A program made the translations under genes and the position numbers. Of a stretch of 13,646 bases of DNA, positions 8,472-13,646 are shown piece after piece (position 1 is the stretch's first letter; each line of letters starts with the position of its first letter). The notes beneath the pieces are model-generated. The model saw nothing but the letters and a program-made list of their open reading frames with translations. It had not been told where the DNA came from and made no database searches. The DNA comes from Thermodesulfobacteriota bacterium (GTDB lineage: Bacteria > Desulfobacterota_D > UBA1144 > Nemesobacterales > N074bin48): NCBI GenBank assembly GCA_041572575.1, contig JBFFSH010000069.1:1-13646 (forward strand). The letters run 5' to 3'.

Positions 8472-9524
8472 CTATTTGCCCAGTTTTTCTGCAATATGTT
8501 TTACTTTCTGTGATTCATTTTTATTAATCACCAAAATGCCCTGCTTAGAGTCTACTACAATCAAATCATTTACTCCTATGGTCACAACTGGTTTCTTGCC
8601 CCCTATTATCATGTTTGAACTACAATCCAGACTGTATGAATCAGCTCTTTGTATGTTCTCATTGGAATTTTTTCTCAAATATTCATCAAGTGACTGCCAG
8701 GTACCTATATCACTCCACTCAAAACTGGCAGGAATAACAACCGTGTTTTTAGATTTTTCCAATATCATTTTATCCACTGGACCGGCTATGATTTTTTTAT
8801 AATAATCCCCAAGTAAAGATTTATTACAAAAGTCATAATGACTGTAACTATCCCACTGTGGACAGTGAATACTGAATTCTTTTAATATAGATGACGCCTT
8901 CCATACAAATATCCCACTATTCCAAAAATATTTTCCTGTTTTTATATATCTCTCAGCTTTAGGGCCATCAGGTTTTTCTGTAAACTGCGAGACTGTGTAA
9001 GTACTATGTCGGGTAGTACCATGTATCCTGTCATTTTTTTTTATATATCCATACCCGGTGTCAGGCCTTGTTGGTTTAATACCAAGTGTAACAAGCGGAT
9101 AGTTATCTTTAAATAATGGTTTTGAACATATTTTTATGGCGTATTTCAAAGTACTTAAAAATTTGTTTTTATTCGAAATCGCATGATCTGCCGGAAGCAC
9201 TACTATTACTGCGTCTTTGTCTAAATCAGAAATAATATTTGAACCGTAATAAATGCATGGCCCTGTATTTTTACCTACAGGCTCGGCCAGTATATTATTT
9301 TTATTTAGCTCGGGAAGATGTTTTGCAGTTTTGTTAACATAGTTTTTAGTAGTAACCACAAATATGTTTTCATTTTTTACAAGACCACATATTCTTTCAT
9401 ATGTATTCCTTAATAGAGAATTATCACCTGTTAGATTTAAAAACTGCTTTGGATTATCTTTGCTGCTAAGCGGCCAGAACCTTTTACCCTCCCCTCCTGC
9501 CATTATTAAAGCATAAAGTGACAT
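8472..9524 (-). CDS. manC: Mannose-1-phosphate guanylyltransferase (monofunctional GMPP; no C-terminal cupin PMI domain)
   Basis: LIMAGG.GKRFWPLS....PKQFL, EPVGKNTGP, LPADH, TLGIKPTRPDTGYGYI, FTEKP, WNSGIFVW, WSDIGTW. At 350 aa it ends before any cupin domain. Confidence 0.92.
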   Translation of the reverse strand: MSLYALIMAGGEGKRFWPLSSKDNPKQFLNLTGDNSLLRNTYERICGLVKNENIFVVTTKNYVNKTAKHLPELNKNNILAEPVGKNTGPCIYYGSNIISDLDKDAVIVVLPADHAISNKNKFLSTLKYAIKICSKPLFKDNYPLVTLGIKPTRPDTGYGYIKKNDRIHGTTRHSTYTVSQFTEKPDGPKAERYIKTGKYFWNSGIFVWKASSILKEFSIHCPQWDSYSHYDFCNKSLLGDYYKKIIAGPVDKMILEKSKNTVVIPASFEWSDIGTWQSLDEYLRKNSNENIQRADSYSLDCSSNMIIGGKKPVVTIGVNDLIVVDSKQGILVINKNESQKVKHIAEKLGK

Positions 9525-9609
9525 AAACTATTCCCTTATAAATATATTATTTTAATATATAATCTCTTAATACGTCTATTTTATATTAGTACTAATCGAA
9601 TAAAAGATT

Positions 9610-10326
9610 ATGAAAAGAATATATATTATCATTTTCTTGGCTACATTTCTTCTAACTGCAACAAATAATCTGTATGCAGAAGTTTATTATCAGTGGACTG
9701 ATGAAAAAGGAGTCGTACATGCTACAGACAACCCCGATAAAGTACCGCCAAGATATAAAAACTCACTAAAAGTGGTAAAAGAAAAAGACACAGGTTCAAA
9801 AGCCACGCTAAATAACTTTATAAAATTAGTAAAACGAAACCAGCAAACAATTATTTTTGCAACAGTCTCACTTCTTGGACTTTTTATCCTCTATAAATTA
9901 TTTAAGGGATTAAAAAACAGATCTTCGGCGACAAGTAAAAATAAGTACGACGAAGTTATAAAAAAATCAGGAATTGATACGATGAACATCCCTCAGTTTA
10001 AAAATTATGTTAAGAACGTGCTATCGGCCAAGGGTTATCATTTAACAGAATTCGAAGGTGACCTTGACTTTGGAGTTGATTTTATAGCAGATAAGGGAAA
10101 CAAGAACTATCTTGTGAAGGTAGTGTCAGATAATATGACAACATCAAAAATGGTAGTAAATGATATTCTAAGAGATACATCCAAGTATGGATGTAATGCT
10201 GCCATGGTTATTTCAAAAAACTATTTTACTGAAGATGCATTAGAATTTTCAAAGTCATCCCCTAGTGAGCTTATAGACAGAAACGCTTTTGGCAAATGGA
10301 TCAAAGATACTAAGCTCTGTAGTTAG
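9610..10326 (+). CDS. Membrane protein: signal peptide + DUF4124-like domain + TM + Mrr/restriction-endonuclease-like domain with degenerate active site
   Basis: MKR + hydrophobic core + LYA cleavage site; YQWTDEKGVVHATDNP resembles DUF4124 (Y.W.D..G.VH.SD.P); TM IIFATVSLLGLFILYKLF; C-terminal ID.M...F..YV..VL...GY...DFGVDFIA.K...Y.C.AAMVIS..YFT..A......ELIDR resembles Mrr_cat. Confidence 0.75.
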   Translation: MKRIYIIIFLATFLLTATNNLYAEVYYQWTDEKGVVHATDNPDKVPPRYKNSLKVVKEKDTGSKATLNNFIKLVKRNQQTIIFATVSLLGLFILYKLFKGLKNRSSATSKNKYDEVIKKSGIDTMNIPQFKNYVKNVLSAKGYHLTEFEGDLDFGVDFIADKGNKNYLVKVVSDNMTTSKMVVNDILRDTSKYGCNAAMVISKNYFTEDALEFSKSSPSELIDRNAFGKWIKDTKLCS

Positions 10327-10333
10327 TAAACAC

Positions 10334-11035
10334 CTAATTGTTATACTGCTGAATTAAGTCCCGAGCCTCTTTATTGTTTGGATCAAGCAGTATTGCCTTT
10401 CTCATATTATCTAGTGCATCAAATATCCTGCCGTCTTTAAAATAAGCCCTACCTAGCCCTATATAAGCATCGGAGTTCTTTGGATCAATTTGAAGTGCCA
10501 GTTTAAGAGCAGAGTATGTATTATCTAAATTACCATTTTTAAGCTCTTCTGCTGCAAAGGACACAAGAAACGATACAATCTGGTTTGTAGAATTACCGGC
10601 CGAGCTGTTCAGATCGAGATATTCTGCTAAATATTCTTTAGAAGCGTCAAAATTTCCTTTTTTAATTTCACCAACTACCAGTGCAAACAGCGTATCAATC
10701 AATAGATTTGACACCTCATCCCTGGTTTGTGCAGGTGATATCTTATAAGCAGTCCTAAGCGGTATGAGTGCACTGTACCACTGTTTAAGATTAATATAAG
10801 AGCTTCCAAGGTATATATATGCTTTGGTATAGTTGGGATCAAGCTCTGTAGCTCTTATAAAATGAGTTGTAGCTTTATCAAACTCCCCTCTGTTAAAATA
10901 ACTAAGCCCCCTTTCAAACTCAACAATAGCTGAGCTTCCAGTAAGAAGTCCTGCACAAGAACCGATAACGCTGGATATTAATAATACGGTAATAATAAAA
11001 TTCCTTGCTCTATGAAACTGAAAATATTTTTTCAT
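10334..11035 (-). CDS. Tetratricopeptide-repeat protein, probable lipoprotein
   Basis: Basic N-terminus, hydrophobic stretch and lipobox-like VIGSC. TPR motifs: G..YF..G.FDKA..HF..A.ELDPNY..AY..LG and AL.IDPKNSDAYIGLGRAYF..G...DA....RKAI.LDPNN. Confidence 0.85.
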   Translation of the reverse strand: MKKYFQFHRARNFIITVLLISSVIGSCAGLLTGSSAIVEFERGLSYFNRGEFDKATTHFIRATELDPNYTKAYIYLGSSYINLKQWYSALIPLRTAYKISPAQTRDEVSNLLIDTLFALVVGEIKKGNFDASKEYLAEYLDLNSSAGNSTNQIVSFLVSFAAEELKNGNLDNTYSALKLALQIDPKNSDAYIGLGRAYFKDGRIFDALDNMRKAILLDPNNKEARDLIQQYNN

Positions 11036-11088
11036 TTTAACCCCTATTTATTTTATTCATTCGATAATTTGATTTATTATTAGCGTAT

Positions 11089-12747
11089 ATGAATAAGTTT
11101 ACAACACCGGTAAAGAAAATACCTGTCCTCAGGCAGTCTTATGGATATAAGACTATTTCTGAAATGACTGCAAACTCTGCTGAGATTTATAGCGATAAAA
11201 CGGCATATGAGATTCCCCGTGATAACCAGATTATTCAATACACCTTTGGTGATGTAATAAATTTAGTCCAAAAACTTGCAAAACATCTAAGCGAAACAGG
11301 ATTATCAAGAGGTGACAGGATAGCAATCATCGGAGAGAACAGCCCGCATTGGGCAATTTCTTTCTTTGCCGTATCATGGGTAGGTGCAGTAGCAGTTCCG
11401 CTCGATGCCAGATCATCTGTGGATAATCATAAGCTTGCCTTAAGCCATTCCGAGGCTTCTTGTATAATTACATCAAAAAGTTTTTTTAGTTCCATAGAAG
11501 CTCTAAAAAATTCCATTCCTTCACTTAAAACTGTAATAAGAATGGAAGAAATTGATGAACTTAACAACAAATATTCAACCGGCATAAGCCCTGCTAATAT
11601 CGGAGGCGATGACCTGATGGAAATACTTTTTACTTCAGGCACTACGGGCGATCCAAAAGGGGTAATGCTAAGCCATAAAAACCTTATGTCAAATGTTGAA
11701 GATGTACGCAGGATTATTGATCTTAATGAAGACGACAAGGCATTTTCAATCCTTCCAATTCACCATGTATACGAATGCACAGGGGGTCTGCTATCCACTT
11801 TTTATAACGGAGTAGATGTGTTTTATGCAAGGAGTCTAAAACCGCGTGAAATGCTGGCTGACCTCAAAACAGCAAGCCCGTCTATATGGCTGAACTCACC
11901 GCTTATACTTGAAAAACTTTATCAGCGAATAAACAAGGAGCTAAGCACACAGACAGGAGTTAAATCCATAATAGCCAATATGATGCCCAAACACATAATC
12001 GGCAAAAAAGTTAAGCAGAAGCTTGGTCTTAGCAACATAAGACTTATTTTAAGCGGAGGAGCTGCCCTTGCCGACTGGGTCGGAGAGGGATTGGATGAGC
12101 TTGGATTTCCAATTCTTCAGGGTTACGGCCTCTCAGAGTCATCTCCCCTCATAAGCGTAAATCCTCCAAGCAACCCAAAAAACGATAGTGTAGGCATGGT
12201 AATACCAAGCGTGGAAGCAAAGATAGTAGATATAGATTCTGAGGGTAACGGCGAGATTTGGGCCAAGGGTGACAATATCATGAAAGGATACTACAAAAAT
12301 GATTCGGCTACAAAAGAAGTATTAACCGGTGACGGCTGGCTTAAAACGGGTGATATAGGATATTTTGATGAAGATGGGTATCTCTACATTACTGGCAGAA
12401 AGAAGTTTGTGATAGTTACAAAGGGCGGCAAGAACGTCTTTCCTGAAGAGGTCGAAGAAAAGCTGTGCAAATCACCTTTCATAGAAGAAGCAATGGTGTT
12501 CAGCCCTGATGACTCACAGATACAGGCAATAATTTATCCAAACTATGATGAACTAAAAGAAAAGCTGGGTGAGGATTTTGATCCAAGCATATGCAAAGAT
12601 TTTATTCAGACTAAAATTAGAGAAGCCAATAAAGATTTAGAAGCATATAAAAAAGTAAGCAAATTTGAATTAAGAGAAGAAGAATTCCCTAAAACTACTA
12701 CAAGAAAAATAAAAAGACACTTATTTAAGGATTACAAAATAAATTAA
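11089..12747 (+). CDS. AMP-dependent synthetase/ligase, long-chain-fatty-acid--CoA ligase (FadD-like)
   Basis: ILFTSGTTGDPKGVMLSH (AMP-binding), LPIHHVYE, SGGA, QGYGLSE, G.NIMKGYYKN, GWLKTGDIG, ITGRKK..IV..GGKNVFPEEVE, PKTTTRKIKR. Confidence 0.9.
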   Translation: MNKFTTPVKKIPVLRQSYGYKTISEMTANSAEIYSDKTAYEIPRDNQIIQYTFGDVINLVQKLAKHLSETGLSRGDRIAIIGENSPHWAISFFAVSWVGAVAVPLDARSSVDNHKLALSHSEASCIITSKSFFSSIEALKNSIPSLKTVIRMEEIDELNNKYSTGISPANIGGDDLMEILFTSGTTGDPKGVMLSHKNLMSNVEDVRRIIDLNEDDKAFSILPIHHVYECTGGLLSTFYNGVDVFYARSLKPREMLADLKTASPSIWLNSPLILEKLYQRINKELSTQTGVKSIIANMMPKHIIGKKVKQKLGLSNIRLILSGGAALADWVGEGLDELGFPILQGYGLSESSPLISVNPPSNPKNDSVGMVIPSVEAKIVDIDSEGNGEIWAKGDNIMKGYYKNDSATKEVLTGDGWLKTGDIGYFDEDGYLYITGRKKFVIVTKGGKNVFPEEVEEKLCKSPFIEEAMVFSPDDSQIQAIIYPNYDELKEKLGEDFDPSICKDFIQTKIREANKDLEAYKKVSKFELREEEFPKTTTRKIKRHLFKDYKIN

Positions 12748-12771
12748 TATATGCCTGTTTTATTCTTATAT

Positions 12772-12806
12772 AAAAAAGGCCACCGATACCCAAAATATCA
12801 GTGGCC
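12772..12806 (-). terminator. Rho-independent terminator for the IPTL-CTERM gene (possibly bidirectional)
   Basis: Minus strand: GGCCACTGATA-TTTTGGG-TATCGGTGGCC-TTTTTT, an 11-bp stem with one G-U pair followed by U6. A plus-strand T7 run at 12813-12819 could serve the acyl-CoA ligase gene. Confidence 0.85.
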
Positions 12807-12839
12807 CTCTAATTTTTTTATAACAATTGATATTATCTA

Positions 12840-13506
12840 TTAAATCTCTGTATCTCTTTTTCTAAACCTAAGAACAGCTGCAAAACCAAGTAGAATAGTT
12901 GCGATTATCATTCCCCATTCACTAAGAGTAGGAATTATCACTGTTGGACCTTCCGAAGGTGGTGGTGGCGGTGTCACAGGATCATCGCATGTGTTTATTT
13001 CACAAATTGAGAAATCTCCCTGATAGAACCCTATACATTCCTCTTCAGTAGTAACGCTGCACAAATCCAGATCACAGCATGCTCCTGTTACAGGGGGTGT
13101 TGGTGTCGGAGCTGGAGTAAGTGTACCTGTCGGTGTAGGTGTTGGAGTACCTGTCGGTGTCGGAGTTGGTGTAGGAGTAAGTGTACCCGTCGGTGTAGGT
13201 GTCGGAGTACCAGTCGGTGTCGGAGTATTTGTAGGAGTCGGTGTTGGTGATGGTGTTCCTGTAGGTGTAGGCGTTGGTGTAGGAGTGTTGGTAGGTGTTG
13301 GCGTCGGTGTATTTGTCGGTGTAGGTGTAGGAGTATTTGTAGGAGTCGGTGTTGGTGAAGGAGTACCAGTTGGACTTGGCGTCGGGGTCGGGGTGTTGGT
13401 TGGTGTTGGCGTAGGAGTATTTGTAGGTGTAGGTGTATTTGTTGGAGTAGGCGTTGGCGTATTAGTCGGAGTAGGTGTAGGTGTATTTGTTGGTGTTGGA
13501 GTAGCT
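12840..13506 (-). pseudogene. 3' remnant of an IPTL-CTERM sorting-domain surface protein gene (Pro/Thr linker + Cys-rich GACC module), interrupted by an IS
   Basis: The minus frame is open from the IS junction to TAA at 12842-12840: [11 protein letters not shown]...[94 protein letters not shown] + TM + basic tail is IPTL-CTERM. There is no start or signal peptide, and an in-frame TGA (13511-13509) lies in the IS end. Confidence 0.88.
13092..13502 (-). repeat. Low-complexity coding repeat, ~137 codons of (TP)n with interspersed N/G/S/L
   Basis: 6-nt periodic GGNGTN on the plus strand (ACN CCN on minus). Includes a 53-nt duplication (13114-13166 vs 13174-13226, 3 mismatches) and an exact 29-nt repeat (13222-13250 vs 13330-13358). 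Confidence 0.95.
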
Positions 13507-13646
13507 TGTCAAGCCCCAGAATTTAGGTCCAGTTTTAAAGTTAGAATTTGTTAACATTTTGTCAGTGAGTTGGAGTGAAAGTTTGTTCATAGTTCGTGGT
13601 TTTTTTGTCTTGTATTAAAGCTTTTGGAGCAGGCGGTCTGTAACCA
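13507..13646 (-). mobile_element. Right end of an IS3-family insertion sequence (IS407-like group); continues beyond the window
   Basis: Abrupt composition change at 13507. The minus strand ends ...CTAACTTTAAAACTGGACCTAAATTCTGGGGCTTGACA-3', fitting the IS3-type TG...CA terminus, and follows a transposase C-terminus. Confidence 0.85.
13562..13645 (-). CDS. IS3-family transposase OrfB, C-terminal 27 aa (partial)
   Basis: Minus-strand translation GYRPPAPKALIQDKKTTNYEQTFTPTH*. GYRPPAP matches the end of the RPHS.LGYRPPAP motif of IS3-family integrase cores. Not in the ORF track. Confidence 0.8.
   Translation of the reverse strand, partial: GYRPPAPKALIQDKKTTNYEQTFTPTH

Noticed and set aside
698..8802. 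Short plus-strand ORFs (698, 1084, 1561, 2260, 3552, 4182, 5101, 5366, 5687, 7378, 7394, 7947, 8198, 8476)
   Set aside because: All are antisense to well-supported conserved genes and show no recognisable motifs.
9610..10326. Active type IV restriction enzyme / defence island
   Set aside because: The catalytic QxK is absent, the topology is exported/membrane-bound, and no defence or mobility genes are adjacent.
11427..11738. 103-aa minus-strand ORF
   Set aside because: Antisense shadow within the acyl-CoA ligase gene.
12840..13064. 74-aa ORF as a complete small protein
   Set aside because: Its TTG start lies inside the Cys module without an RBS, and the frame stays open upstream to the IS junction, so it is a fragment.
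13092..13502. Possible CRISPR array or non-coding tandem repeat
   Set aside because: No constant repeat with unique spacers. Variation is at codon wobble positions, and no cas genes are present.
13285..13554. 89-aa plus-strand VGVGVG ORF
   Set aside because: It is the antisense shadow of the Thr-Pro repeat and runs across the IS junction. The minus frame carries the recognisable IPTL-CTERM tail and terminator.

Overview
AT-rich bacterial chromosomal window, mostly housekeeping. It opens with the 3' end of an ammonium transporter (amtB, +), which converges on a long minus-strand run: manC-like GDP-mannose pyrophosphorylase, gmk, rel/spoT, lepB, a small DUF4845-like membrane protein, pyrR-pyrB-pyrC and an SPFH/prohibitin protein. 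Next come a divergent gene for an unusual signal peptide + DUF4124-like + TM + degenerate Mrr-nuclease-fold protein, a TPR lipoprotein and a long-chain acyl-CoA ligase. The right end, poorly captured by the ORF track, holds the 3' part of an IPTL-CTERM surface-protein gene (long Pro/Thr linker + 'GACC' Cys-rich module), cut at 13506/13507 by the right end of an IS3-family (IS407-like) element whose transposase tail (GYRPPAP) runs off the window edge. The most notable items are the IS-disrupted IPTL-CTERM gene, the membrane-anchored pseudo-nuclease, a PyrR that appears to have lost RNA-binding residues and has no attenuator leader, a Fur-box-like operator and a perfect 34-bp palindrome. Gene content and IPTL-CTERM suggest a deltaproteobacteria-like lineage (e.g. 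Desulfobacterota/Dadabacteria), which is inference only. No CRISPR array, rRNA or tRNA was seen.
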